Assembly: GCA_024710165.1 (NCBI GenBank)
Contig: JANJVG010000124.1
Location: 37,138 to 101,137 of the forward strand
Direction of reading: 5' to 3'
Source of the DNA: Burkholderiaceae bacterium
Lineage (GTDB): Bacteria; Pseudomonadota; Gammaproteobacteria; Burkholderiales; Burkholderiaceae_C
Length of the DNA: 64,000 nucleotides
The notes under the pieces were generated by a model, which saw only the letters and a list, made by a program, of their open reading frames with translations, was not told the DNA's origin and ran no database searches. Position numbers and translations under genes: made by a program. This document shows, in pieces, positions 10,001 through 18,110 of this stretch (the stretch's first letter is position 1; the number at the start of each line of letters is the position of its first letter).

Positions 10001-13000
10001 AGTTACGGAGAAGTAACGCAACTGCGTAATCTCATCACTCAAGAGAGTGAGGTGATGTACTCCATCTACAGCCATGTTTATGCTGAGATGAAAGAGGCAA
10101 TGATTCAGGACTTGGTGCAAAAGGGAGAAATCACCCCTGAGCAAGCCAAGAACTGGGACATTACCGAAGGCATGGCTTCTGAACTGAAAGCCATTCTGAA
10201 AGATCTAGAGCCTGTAGTTCACAGTGTCCAGTCTAAGAAAGATGGCGATGCTGGTCTTGGTACAGCACTGCCTGTGGTTAAGCAAAAGACAAATGCTTCT
10301 GACAACCCCAAGTACGAGCGCACAGTCTTCTTTACCAACAAGGAAGGGAAGGAACAGAAACGCACTGTTCGTGCGATGGAAAAGGGATTCAAAGAGCCTG
10401 GTGTTGGTATGTTGGCCAAGACGGTGCACTCTTCCGACAGCGGCATCTCCCACTCCACCAATCCAGAGTTTGGTGCTGTTAACGTCCATGATGCAAAGAT
10501 CACTGGCTTGGCCCACTACACAGAGGTGGGCACGGAACTGAACACCGCTACGTTTGATGTTCTGGTTTCCTACTCGCCATTGCGTGAGGTGTACAACGCA
10601 CGTGTTCGCCAGATGGAAGCTCTCGCGCATCTCATGAGTGATCCTGAGTTTGAGGCAGTGGTTTCCCTCGCATTCAATAACTCAGAAGCAGCGCGCTATA
10701 AGGAAGCACAAAATAAAGAAAAGGAGTTCATCCCTGCATCTGATCTGACAGACCTGTTCCGTGCAGCACAGCAGTCAGACATGAACAAGCTCTATGAATT
10801 GGGACAGATGGAGTTCATTGACCAGTACGGTAATGAAGGTGGTCAGTACAACGTGACCGAAGAGGACCGTCAGCGTGCAAAGCGTGAACTGAACTACCTG
10901 AAAACCAACAACTTCATTCCTGAGTCGGTGTATGAAACTATCGCCAAGGCAACAGGCCAGAAGCCAGCGCGCTATGGAAACAAGACACCAGAGAACCGTG
11001 TAACTTCGGATCTGGATATGACGGTCTTCTACCGGGATAACAACAAGGTAAGTGTGGTGGACGCATTGGAGCAGCTGAAGGTATTGCTGGCTTCCAGGGG
11101 TCAGTCAGCCGGATTCCAAGCCTTCATGATTGAAAAGCTCTTGCCACTGGCTTCCAAGAACGCCAAGGTCATCTTGGTGCGTAACAAGCAATCTGTACCT
11201 GCAAACAAGTTCATGCCCAATGCTCGTGGCTGGACGGATGGTGATGGCAACGTGTACGTGCTCGATCCTTCCCAGAGCCATTCTGGCCTAACGCCTGAAC
11301 TGGTGCTGCATGAGGTGATGCACTCGGTACTGCGCAACATCATCGACAACCCACGCACACCAGAACAGAAGGCAACAGTTGGTGAGTTGAAGGCGCTGTA
11401 TAAAATGGTTGCCAAGAAGTTGGCTGGCACAGAAAAAGCCAAGACCTTCAAGGAAGCCTTGAGCAGCCTGCAAGAGTTCGTGGCATACGGAAGTACCAAT
11501 GCGGATTTCCAGGCTCTCCTGGCTGGTATTGGCACGAAGCAGAAAAATGGATTCACCCGCTTTGTGGAGCAGGTGGTGAAGCTGATCTTTCCCAAAGACA
11601 GCCGCATGTCCAGTGCTGCACTGAACTCTGCTTTGGGAGACTTGTTCACGCATATTGGTGAACTGTTTGAGACTGTCCCTGGTCAAGTGCCTAACAACGG
11701 GATGACCAATGGTGATCTGTTATCCATGGCTTCTCCGAACCAGGCTGAGGACTTTTACACCACACAACAGATCTTTGATGCACTGAATAGCCTCGGCACT
11801 ACTCAAGAGTTCCGTAATAAGCTGCAGAACACCCTGGATCTGGTGGTGAACCGACTTCAAGGACCATATGGCGCTATCCGTGCCATGGTTCGTGATCAAG
11901 ATGGCAAGACTCCCCTGGATGCATGGGCTGCAGCAGAAGCACGCGGGGAACGTATGTTCCATGGCAAGGTGCTGGCTGCTGGCATCAAGTTCAGCGAGCA
12001 GGAGGCATTTGTGGCTGAACAGGTGGAAGCTGTTATGTCTGAAGTCCTGAAGGACAAGGCAGCGGCCAACAGTTACGTGTACAAGGAAGTGGAGAAGGTG
12101 TTCCTTCAGGCACGTGACGCGCTCAATGGCAAGATCGACAACGACCTGTACAACTTCGTGTTCATGGCTCAAGGCCAAAACTCAGGCATGGGAGGTAAGT
12201 CGGATTACATGCAGCGGTTTGTTGCACTGGCTTTGGCAAACCAGGAGTTCAACAATGCGCTGGGCTTTGCTACTGCACGTCCCAACATGAACTTCCAGGG
12301 CAAGACATTGCTGGAGCGTCTGGAGATGGTATGGCGTGCAGCAGTGGATTGGATCAGTGCACAAGCCACTGGCACGTATCTGGGTCAGAAGGGCAACGAG
12401 CGTATGACAGCTCTCGTGCGCAAGCTGGTTCAGGCTGAAGTTCGCTATCGTGCGCCGAAGTCTTCAATGTTTGACTTCCTGACTCCGGTGGAAGAGCGTG
12501 CAGCCAAAGCAGTAGCCTATACCAAGGGCAAAGTAGTCGAAGCTGCTCAAAGCAAGTTCGTGGCAGAGAACCGTTTCATGGCGGTTCAAACGGTGGGTAT
12601 CGTTGCCAAGAATGTGGCTGGTGATCGTGTGGAGCACATCATCAATGGAGTGAGCGCACTGAGCAACAAAATCATGCCTGGTATACCTTCCCAGGCAGTG
12701 CAGTTGATGAACTACCTCAAAGGTCCTGGACAGTGGCTCAACGAAGTGGTGCGTATGGCAAAGCACACAGAAAGCCAGCGCAAACACATCACCAATGATG
12801 TGGCCAAGTCTCTGATGAATGGCTTCAAGGATGGGGGAGCTTATCTCAAGGATTCGGACAAGAAGGCTGTGACTGCAGTCCTTCTCCGCACGGGTGCATA
12901 TTTCCTCAATGGGAAGTACAAGGTCGAAGGCATTCAGAAGATGTTGGAAGATCCCAAGGCCCTGCAGAAAGCCATTGATGATGAAGTGGTTCAGTTGTCT

Positions 13001-15205
13001 CAACATCCCGAGGTGCACTACTGGAATGTTCAGGCTTCTGGTTTGGCCTGGATGAAGGTAACTGGCTGGGCTGGTGTGGCACGTCAGAATCTGAACGCCC
13101 ACAACATGGCCCATCTGTATGGCACTGGCAACCCTGCACCGCTGTATGCAAGCCAGGTGATTCCTAACCTGGAACGTCTGATCGCTTTGTACGGCCTCCA
13201 GCACGCCCAGGAGCAGCGCAAAGACGAAGTTGCTGCCGTGGTAGCAGTGATGAAGATTGAGGCTGCCCAAGGCGCGCAGAACGGCATCCGTGACACCCTG
13301 GACCTGGACGCACACTTTTCCAAGGATGCCAAGGAGAAGCTGTTCAAGGACAGTGAGGCGCTGTACATCCATGGCTGGATGCCCGAAGTGCACAACCCAC
13401 ATGTGGAGTTTGAAATTGCACGTTCTGATGTCGAAGCCAAGATGCTTGCTGATCGAGGCTACGTGCTCAAGACCAAAGTGCCCGTGGATAAGAACGATCC
13501 TGACAAGCGTCCTGTGATGTTGTATGTCATCAAGGGTGCTGGATTGCCTCGGCGCAACTCTGGCGCGTTCTCCTTCACTGGCACTAATGCTAAGGGAACG
13601 GCGAAGCACAACCAATACTACAACCCGCTTTCCAGCACGGGCGTGGACAACATGATCAGCATGAACTCCATCCACTCTGCGGAAAGGGCTGAAGTGCAGC
13701 GTCAGTTCCTGCCAAACCAAGGATTCAAGCCTGGATTTGAGAATCGCTTGGTGCCCTCCCTTAACGCGCAGGGCAAGATGGTGGACTACCGTTACATGAT
13801 GAAGGAGTCTCTTCGTGATGATCTGTTGGAGCGCAACAATGACTTTGCACACCTGATTGGTGTGAAGGCAGCTACGACCTTTGACAAGGTTAAGAGCCGG
13901 GAACAGAACAAGCAACTGGCTGAAGCTCTGCACCAAATCTACAAAGAAGACTTCGGTAACAACCCGAGTCGCTTTGTCCAGATCGGCACGAAAAGTGCAG
14001 ATCCTGAAATGCGTGAGATCTGGGATCTCTTGCCCAGCAACACGAAGCAGGACATCAATAAGGTCTGGGGTAGCAAAGGAATGTGGGTTCCCAAGGAGAT
14101 GGTGCTGCCTCTGTTTGGCTACCGCAAGTACACCCTTTCGTCCATTTTTGACAAAGACAACAAGACCAAGCCAGAAGAACTTTTTACTGAGTTCTCCACT
14201 TGGCTTGTAGGTCAGTATGCTCTCCACCGCAAAGGTCTTCGTGGCCAGGATGTAGAAGACTACAAGAAGCGTACTGAGGTGATTGTTCGCCGCACGGAAG
14301 ATATGTGGGAAGAAATGGTCCGTGAGATGAAGGACATCATCGTGGTCAAGACGGGTATCGTGCTCTTGGGCAACATCTCTTCCAACGTCAGCTTGCTGAT
14401 TGCCAATGGCTTGAACCCTGTCAAAGCTTTGAACTATCAGATGGAAGGTCTGCGTGCTGTGATGGATTACCAGCGTGATCGGAATGCGCTGGAGCAGATC
14501 AAGTTGCAACTGGAAACTCAGTCTGTTGCAGGCAACCGCTCCAAGTTGATTGCTGAACGCAATCGCCTGGAAGATGCTATTGCACGCAACCCTGCCAAGG
14601 AGCTGATTGATGCGGGCTTGCTGCCCACCATCGTGGATGATGTTTCTATGGAAGACGATCCGTACTCTTACCGTAGTGCACTGACCAACTGGGCAAATGA
14701 AAAATCCGCTAAGTTGAACAAGCATGTGGTGAAAGCAGGTCGGATCATGTACATGAGCAAGGATACTGTCATGTATCAGTTCTTGAACAAAAGCACGCAA
14801 TACAGTGATTTTGTTGCACGATACGCGCTGTTCAAGCACGAAACCACCAAGAAGAAGAATCCTGTCCCCAAGAAAGAAGCTCTGTTCAATGTATCAGAGT
14901 CCTTCGTGAACTACGATCTACCCATGCCCAAGTCACTTCAGTACCTGGATGATCACGGGATGATGAACTTCATCAAGTATTTCTTCAGCATCCAGCGTGT
15001 TCTGGCAAAGTTGGTGAAGGAGAAGCCTGTGAGTGTGATCAACATGATTGCACTGAACAGTATGTTGGGTGATTTCCCGATCATCACGGACTCGTCCGTT
15101 GTGATGAACATCGGTGATAACCCACTGGGTACTGGAGCACTTGGCTTGCCATTGGCACTGCCAGATCTGATGACCGTAGATCTGGGTACGGGAATGTTCA
15201 AGTAA
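4004..15205 (+). CDS. Virion-encapsidated RNA polymerase (N4 gp50-like vRNAP), polyvalent protein
   Basis: 3733 aa with no Cys seen; T7-superfamily motifs A (EIDGVNNG, ~9389), B (RNLAKRPNTAFFFGSG, ~9671) and C (NVHDA, ~10481); HEVMH at 11309; true start may be ATG 4013. Confidence 0.95.
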   Translation: MADMEQKFSSLARALVESQQRLLNTDKEDAIIDANNRKLQQLAELNRQREEEEKFYRENTTAGMAGLDPNDDPFLHTVVNTAARAGAAGSRIIGQVASGLEGVAKEGFGTGGIDEDVRAARARELNGDATPTDIALLDYAPRTMSGVKNDQTNRDRIKHWEKTQEGLAKTKEFFNVDNRVDRRVDRPFQEELKQGAAEAGAEFEKDNYLTGAGILAKNVVSAGVNNPMGAFNALVENSPQLAAGIVFGLPGTLAVAGAYANDAYNEGIAEYRKKTNGAMPPEEKRYELLLQAAALMAAESASDRLTLGAGKAISAGIKSAQKAVDEVGEGVLKTALGIGTKTASSTPVSTAIGGVIGAAGEYGTETFQTVVENRMKDKETSLEEAHLSGAMGAWGGGPVAAAATAAEKLGEKADQYKEGRAKAAIALAKQEARAAEIKAATETGNIEVFLDRNTPDFSPDKALGVLQNLYESESTTPEKKAELVPKASEVMNDFGLQIEAIKSQLAGVEGAKSDLADAEKLLLAADPADTQRVADLTEYVADLKAMVTDGDLAPEVRAAKEQQLADLEAKYKTADVLYTEMSRKSVSNSFKDMDVDTEIASGSPESISKLKLLAMASPETGDGSLSIDQARTLASSTNPNVTVDDKKFFTAYADSLMKVKPLETMGKVAQEVLYGSKERDQKGLLDYRERFGLFMAQGNTAKADKELADLALFENNQKNKVDAITAAVKQFNQTSEAQIVAKTSDGTWAVIPKKADPTYKRKAGEYVIEDGGKANSLLRGATASLEAIQATSVFLESYKTLGKDAPNSAVTSSAPTNAVTPAALPAPAPAAMVNPPAAKPAASNAPVSAAPVGEQLRSTLQAATRETRFGAVQDPIAQSVVTSASFDKLAEQLPSIGVSAVSGVLGAGASSVVLDTPEGALRIGFGSDVALPKSSSVIAPIQSGEVGGLRYQLMPKADTTNITDADVQSVAKALAVDGLKLTDAGTDNIGRVDGKLVVIDPGAVEVAKAAPGVMPVEQTNMFPPDKKIEMEQQLVQAEKAKAKLQRSKGPSLWTALKHSMSESELGDTYGSDWKKRFTMLRGKPGVDLSTKVRTGELDAFLPPNLGSLVLDSNPEKESDAVEYIKENLRQRNYLTFEKNQELAQIELTIEQLDSIISNETLEALEREVESNDEQSEAQTTQKTSNTAETSDPKNDGERSSEEAQEPAKSNTESGAGKPESNSGDGRENASEEVAGVETEASAKLAALKDATNRASKWLKQAVTRKANAKNQSLLTAIPDLFSTLVSDGNLNRIAEFLPDGLMDSDNETLGKVQALYSKLAPMMQARLRVAHPSKRENTFLDDLLITKDGKIDLDENLKIALTMGGLAYLRDAMDAGLYHDKETINKILGQPKEAKLPSKVVAELGLGYSRYNLVANNIGESVMKSLGIKAQKDAPENYLANMQAALGALALETMQEAGYLTVKEIRDGELQGWYGKTSPEPYMTHKFVSVAFGPVKGKDGNKRNDWGPKAKALHQEFKGETSNLAQMFDVQSQLQMPSFDPPGFNQKSIKRSTRSVPKRLADYLRKVTNTPYTLKKESYRFFANLDAGLAYELIGVDTRPVSEIHQDNQMSVEAKNDGLIRGYEMLQDFVTNGIENHEKGWDAEVYFPQDVWNNQRVGVKSAINMQTDKLHRYMFTTKAWETKIEKNDFAAIGKFKLRVLEGFGVKTDSKTAEDALTVDWNALEDNKVVQAGVAVLQEQLRDQNFFPTLEQQKAVLAAAKVGGTNAHALDAMMGYAAYKNMEESGADSFTTNMVGEIDGVNNGPILTLFFLGVSNIAQYAEKGGFFKLGSAVRNANVWKANKKNLDIYQTATNTFLESFATTMSVDSSYKSLEYFTGDLGKMGAITSAGRNLAKRPNTAFFFGSGKGSLVSGLQEEFVSKVLGKIEEVAAIKETDAQEKARKELIRNLNSLLPPEVHVAPDTNVEGLMKLRIAEGTIGRSLENIFAKKIGKPFASTLAGSYGEVTQLRNLITQESEVMYSIYSHVYAEMKEAMIQDLVQKGEITPEQAKNWDITEGMASELKAILKDLEPVVHSVQSKKDGDAGLGTALPVVKQKTNASDNPKYERTVFFTNKEGKEQKRTVRAMEKGFKEPGVGMLAKTVHSSDSGISHSTNPEFGAVNVHDAKITGLAHYTEVGTELNTATFDVLVSYSPLREVYNARVRQMEALAHLMSDPEFEAVVSLAFNNSEAARYKEAQNKEKEFIPASDLTDLFRAAQQSDMNKLYELGQMEFIDQYGNEGGQYNVTEEDRQRAKRELNYLKTNNFIPESVYETIAKATGQKPARYGNKTPENRVTSDLDMTVFYRDNNKVSVVDALEQLKVLLASRGQSAGFQAFMIEKLLPLASKNAKVILVRNKQSVPANKFMPNARGWTDGDGNVYVLDPSQSHSGLTPELVLHEVMHSVLRNIIDNPRTPEQKATVGELKALYKMVAKKLAGTEKAKTFKEALSSLQEFVAYGSTNADFQALLAGIGTKQKNGFTRFVEQVVKLIFPKDSRMSSAALNSALGDLFTHIGELFETVPGQVPNNGMTNGDLLSMASPNQAEDFYTTQQIFDALNSLGTTQEFRNKLQNTLDLVVNRLQGPYGAIRAMVRDQDGKTPLDAWAAAEARGERMFHGKVLAAGIKFSEQEAFVAEQVEAVMSEVLKDKAAANSYVYKEVEKVFLQARDALNGKIDNDLYNFVFMAQGQNSGMGGKSDYMQRFVALALANQEFNNALGFATARPNMNFQGKTLLERLEMVWRAAVDWISAQATGTYLGQKGNERMTALVRKLVQAEVRYRAPKSSMFDFLTPVEERAAKAVAYTKGKVVEAAQSKFVAENRFMAVQTVGIVAKNVAGDRVEHIINGVSALSNKIMPGIPSQAVQLMNYLKGPGQWLNEVVRMAKHTESQRKHITNDVAKSLMNGFKDGGAYLKDSDKKAVTAVLLRTGAYFLNGKYKVEGIQKMLEDPKALQKAIDDEVVQLSQHPEVHYWNVQASGLAWMKVTGWAGVARQNLNAHNMAHLYGTGNPAPLYASQVIPNLERLIALYGLQHAQEQRKDEVAAVVAVMKIEAAQGAQNGIRDTLDLDAHFSKDAKEKLFKDSEALYIHGWMPEVHNPHVEFEIARSDVEAKMLADRGYVLKTKVPVDKNDPDKRPVMLYVIKGAGLPRRNSGAFSFTGTNAKGTAKHNQYYNPLSSTGVDNMISMNSIHSAERAEVQRQFLPNQGFKPGFENRLVPSLNAQGKMVDYRYMMKESLRDDLLERNNDFAHLIGVKAATTFDKVKSREQNKQLAEALHQIYKEDFGNNPSRFVQIGTKSADPEMREIWDLLPSNTKQDINKVWGSKGMWVPKEMVLPLFGYRKYTLSSIFDKDNKTKPEELFTEFSTWLVGQYALHRKGLRGQDVEDYKKRTEVIVRRTEDMWEEMVREMKDIIVVKTGIVLLGNISSNVSLLIANGLNPVKALNYQMEGLRAVMDYQRDRNALEQIKLQLETQSVAGNRSKLIAERNRLEDAIARNPAKELIDAGLLPTIVDDVSMEDDPYSYRSALTNWANEKSAKLNKHVVKAGRIMYMSKDTVMYQFLNKSTQYSDFVARYALFKHETTKKKNPVPKKEALFNVSESFVNYDLPMPKSLQYLDDHGMMNFIKYFFSIQRVLAKLVKEKPVSVINMIALNSMLGDFPIITDSSVVMNIGDNPLGTGALGLPLALPDLMTVDLGTGMFK

Positions 15206-15206
15206 C

Positions 15207-15240
15207 AAAAGAAAGGCCCCTTGATTGGGGCCTTTGTTTG
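15207..15240. terminator. Bidirectional intrinsic terminator
   Basis: AAAGGCCCC-TTGATT-GGGGCCTTT between vRNAP and the convergent replication block. Confidence 0.85.
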
Positions 15241-15241
15241 A

Positions 15242-15436
15242 TTACCTGTCTTTGTGGAAAAATGATCCGATCATTACAACTACACAGAACACAACGAGTC
15301 CCCCTAACAACACAAGTTTGACTGCGAAAGCTAGGAGGACTGCTATGGCCCCAGCAGTCACTATGACTGCCAGGACCAGTAAGCTCACCAGTGTGTAGAC
15401 CAGTGCCTTACCTGCCTGGAGCAGCCAGTTAAGCAA
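15242..15436 (-). CDS. Small hydrophobic membrane protein
   Basis: 64 aa, almost entirely hydrophobic; overlaps the upstream ORF stop. Confidence 0.6.
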   Translation of the reverse strand: MLNWLLQAGKALVYTLVSLLVLAVIVTAGAIAVLLAFAVKLVLLGGLVVFCVVVMIGSFFHKDR

Positions 15437-15908
15437 AGAGGCTCACCGAAGTCAGGGGAGGTGCTGGCACTGGGGCAGCAATGGGCACTTCCTCATTTGG
15501 GGTGAAGATGGGGCTGGGTGCTGCTACTGCCTCTGCCTGAGAAGGAACTTCTGGCCCATCTTGCCAGGGAGCCGAAGCAGCCAGTGCAGCTTCCGTTGTG
15601 ACTTCACCTTCTGGATCTTCCGGTTCATCTGTGATGGGCAGGGAGATGGCTGTTTCAACAATCACAGGTTCAGGGACTGCTGGGGCGTTCAGCAGTGGCT
15701 CCACTTTCACAGATTTCATTACTTCTTCGGTCAAGGCTTCTGCAGGACCAATGTCGATGCTTGCTGACAGACCACTGTCCTTACGGCCAGCGGTAAATTC
15801 GACATTGAAGGATCGCTGCAGAAGAGAGATACCTTGTGCTGACAGGTACATCTTCAGAGCAAGTTCGATGTCACGTTGCTTGAGGGTGATTTGCATAGTT
15901 TCTTTCAA
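15429..15908 (-). CDS. Hypothetical phage protein with acidic Pro-rich tail
   Basis: ATGA overlap with resolvase; C-terminus SLFA is the same as that of the SSB. Confidence 0.7.
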   Translation of the reverse strand: MKETMQITLKQRDIELALKMYLSAQGISLLQRSFNVEFTAGRKDSGLSASIDIGPAEALTEEVMKSVKVEPLLNAPAVPEPVIVETAISLPITDEPEDPEGEVTTEAALAASAPWQDGPEVPSQAEAVAAPSPIFTPNEEVPIAAPVPAPPLTSVSLFA

Positions 15909-16444
15909 TAAAACTGAATGAGTTGTTTGAACTCGTTTGAGTTGATTCCTGCATGAATGGCTGCTGTAGCGTCTGCCATGTGTTCTGCTTTACAGGCTGC
16001 TTTAGGCCACTTGGCTTCGGGATGTCGGTTCTTTGCCCAGTTGATCATGGTTTCTTTGGTAGCAGTCTTTGACCCCACAGCAGTAACTTTTACTTCAGTG
16101 GGAGTGACTTCAAAGAATGGGATTCCTGATGCCCGTAAAGCGCCTAGAACCCCTACGCAGATTCCATAAGAAGCCATGGCTCTTGCTGATTGAGAGCCAA
16201 TTGGAACTTCTACAAAGATGACTTGCGCATCCTTGGCTGCGGCCATGGCACGATCTGAGAGCTGTTTGGCAGACTCCAGATCGACACTGTTTTGGCGTGT
16301 TTGCTTTCCTGTTGGCAGAACTGGATTTACTACTTCAAGCCCATCAATCAGAATGGTTTTGGTGTCCAGATTGAATGTGCCTTTGGATATTCCCCAGTTT
16401 CTTAGGCTGGGGTCCATCCCCACTACACGCAATGTTCTTGTCAT
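15905..16444 (-). CDS. RuvC-like Holliday junction resolvase (N4 gp46-like)
   Basis: VVGMDPSLRNWG, IFVEVP, EHMADA acidic RuvC-fold motifs. Confidence 0.85.
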   Translation of the reverse strand: MTRTLRVVGMDPSLRNWGISKGTFNLDTKTILIDGLEVVNPVLPTGKQTRQNSVDLESAKQLSDRAMAAAKDAQVIFVEVPIGSQSARAMASYGICVGVLGALRASGIPFFEVTPTEVKVTAVGSKTATKETMINWAKNRHPEAKWPKAACKAEHMADATAAIHAGINSNEFKQLIQFY

Positions 16445-16456
16445 GTAGTGGCTGGG

Positions 16457-16750
16457 TTAGTGCACAATCTTTGCGGGTTGATCCACAAATTCCACTTCTG
16501 CCTCAAAAGGAAGTTCCCCCATTTCATGTAGAGCAACCTTCAGTCCAAGGATGAATCCCTCAAGAAATTCACCTTGAAGCAGCTTTGGGTTCTCAAGGCC
16601 ATCAGTGACTTCAGTCCCTTCCGGGATAGTCATCAGATGGGAGAGCACCTTCACTTTGTTTCTGTGCCACTGGTGCAAGGCTCTGACAAATTGATCCAGG
16701 GAATCAATGGATACTGTTTCTGGTTTGGGCATGTCTGCTTTGTCAGTCAT
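16457..16750 (-). CDS. Hypothetical phage protein
   Basis: 97-aa ORF in frame with the operon spacing. Confidence 0.6.
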   Translation of the reverse strand: MTDKADMPKPETVSIDSLDQFVRALHQWHRNKVKVLSHLMTIPEGTEVTDGLENPKLLQGEFLEGFILGLKVALHEMGELPFEAEVEFVDQPAKIVH

Positions 16751-16780
16751 TGGAAGGATCTCCAGAGTGTAGACTGAACA

Positions 16781-17521
16781 TCAAGCAAAGAGGCTGGTGG
16801 TAGGCTTACCAGCGGCTGCTGGAGCCTTGCCTGGCAGTCCGGCAGTACCTGCACCTGCTGCAGCACCCTTAGCCTTCTCCTTGACCTTGCCAGTCCACTT
16901 CTCGGCCCACGTCTTTACAAACGTGGCTTCAGGGGCTTGGGCACGAATCTCAGCAGTGGTCATGCGATCACGGGCACGGAAGAACTTCTCGATTTCGTTT
17001 TCTTCACGGGTTTCGCCAGTAGCTTCGTAAGCACCAGTGGTGGGGTTCTTCTTCGTCTTGTCCACGACTTGACGGATCACACCAACAACAATGTCTTTGC
17101 CCACCAGATCCATGAGCATGTCCACCTTAGTGGGGATTTCGCTCTTGGCTTCTGCGTTATACACAGGGATCACCTTTTGTTCAGTGTCCAGGCTAGAGAT
17201 TTCCTTGCCTGCTGCCAGCAAGCACAGGCTGTTGGCCAGAATGAAGCCAGGCAGGTACTGCTTGTCACCGTTCTTGTCGGTGTAGAAGTTCTTGCAGCCT
17301 TTTTCAGTGCCGCTGGTCATCCACATGGTCTGACGGATTTCCTGGCCAGCATTGGTCTTCAGATTGAGGACGAGACCCACTGCACCACCAGCCGACTTGG
17401 TGACATACGCGGTAACAACCTTGGCGTCATAAACACCAGAGTCAATGATACGGTTGCCGCCAATAACGTCTTTTTCATTGGCAATGGATTCATCGGTAGT
17501 AAGAGTAGAGAGAAAGCTCAT
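16781..17521 (-). CDS. Single-stranded DNA-binding protein (N4 gp45-like)
   Basis: 246 aa; YLPGF motif, Ala/Gly/Lys tail ending SLFA; synteny after the AAA ATPase. Confidence 0.8.
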   Translation of the reverse strand: MSFLSTLTTDESIANEKDVIGGNRIIDSGVYDAKVVTAYVTKSAGGAVGLVLNLKTNAGQEIRQTMWMTSGTEKGCKNFYTDKNGDKQYLPGFILANSLCLLAAGKEISSLDTEQKVIPVYNAEAKSEIPTKVDMLMDLVGKDIVVGVIRQVVDKTKKNPTTGAYEATGETREENEIEKFFRARDRMTTAEIRAQAPEATFVKTWAEKWTGKVKEKAKGAAAGAGTAGLPGKAPAAAGKPTTSLFA

Positions 17522-17568
17522 AATGTTTTCGGTTTGGTTTAGTTAATGAAAGGGAAAGGATTCTACGT

Positions 17569-17613
17569 TTATGCGTAGTATTCGTGAAGTCGGTTAAGAA
17601 CCAGTTGCATGTT
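17569..17613 (-). pseudogene. Orphan duplicate of the AAA ATPase C-terminus (NMQLVLNRLHEYYA*)
   Basis: Minus-strand translation matches the end of ORF 18094-18843 (NIQLVLNRLHEYYV*). Confidence 0.85.
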
Positions 17614-17615
17614 TA

Positions 17616-18110
17616 TCACGCTCTTCCGTGATTTGGGTGGTAATTGTTATTTGCTTCTGCTGTTTTGCGAACTGCTACAGCTTCGTCAAAAGAATCAAAT
17701 CTACCCAAGGTAGTTTGTTTGTGGTCTACATTTATGTAGGCTCTCCATTTTTTTGAAATGGAGCACCATGCAACACCACTAACTCCTGATTTGGAGTTGC
17801 TGTTCAGTTTGCGATTCTTGTTGTTGATACTTTGACTGGCTTCCCTTAAATTGCTCATACGATTGTTAGCAGGATTGCCATCTACATGGTCAAGTCCCTC
17901 AGAGGGCCAATCACCGTGGTGAAGTAACCAAGCAACTCGATGGGCCAAGTACACAGTACTGTTTCGGTTAATAAGCCTATGCCCCCTTTTTGTGGAACAT
18001 CCTGCTTCTTTACCTGCACGTCTTGTGCCCTCTTTCCAAGTGATTAAGCCAGTAAGAGGGTCATAGCTCAGTGAAGCTACGAGATCCTCTTCATTAGACA
18101 TAATACTCAT
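17616..18110 (-). CDS. HNH homing endonuclease with AP2-like DNA-binding domain
   Basis: AHRVAW..DHVDGNPANNRMSNLR HNH motif; SGVSGV..KWRAYI..LGRFDSFDEAVAVR AP2 motif. Confidence 0.9.
   Translation of the reverse strand: MSIMSNEEDLVASLSYDPLTGLITWKEGTRRAGKEAGCSTKRGHRLINRNSTVYLAHRVAWLLHHGDWPSEGLDHVDGNPANNRMSNLREASQSINNKNRKLNSNSKSGVSGVAWCSISKKWRAYINVDHKQTTLGRFDSFDEAVAVRKTAEANNNYHPNHGRA

Noticed and set aside
12464-14839. 791-aa minus-strand ORF inside the vRNAP gene
   Set aside because: Antisense shadow of a codon-biased gene; no recognisable motifs or RBS.
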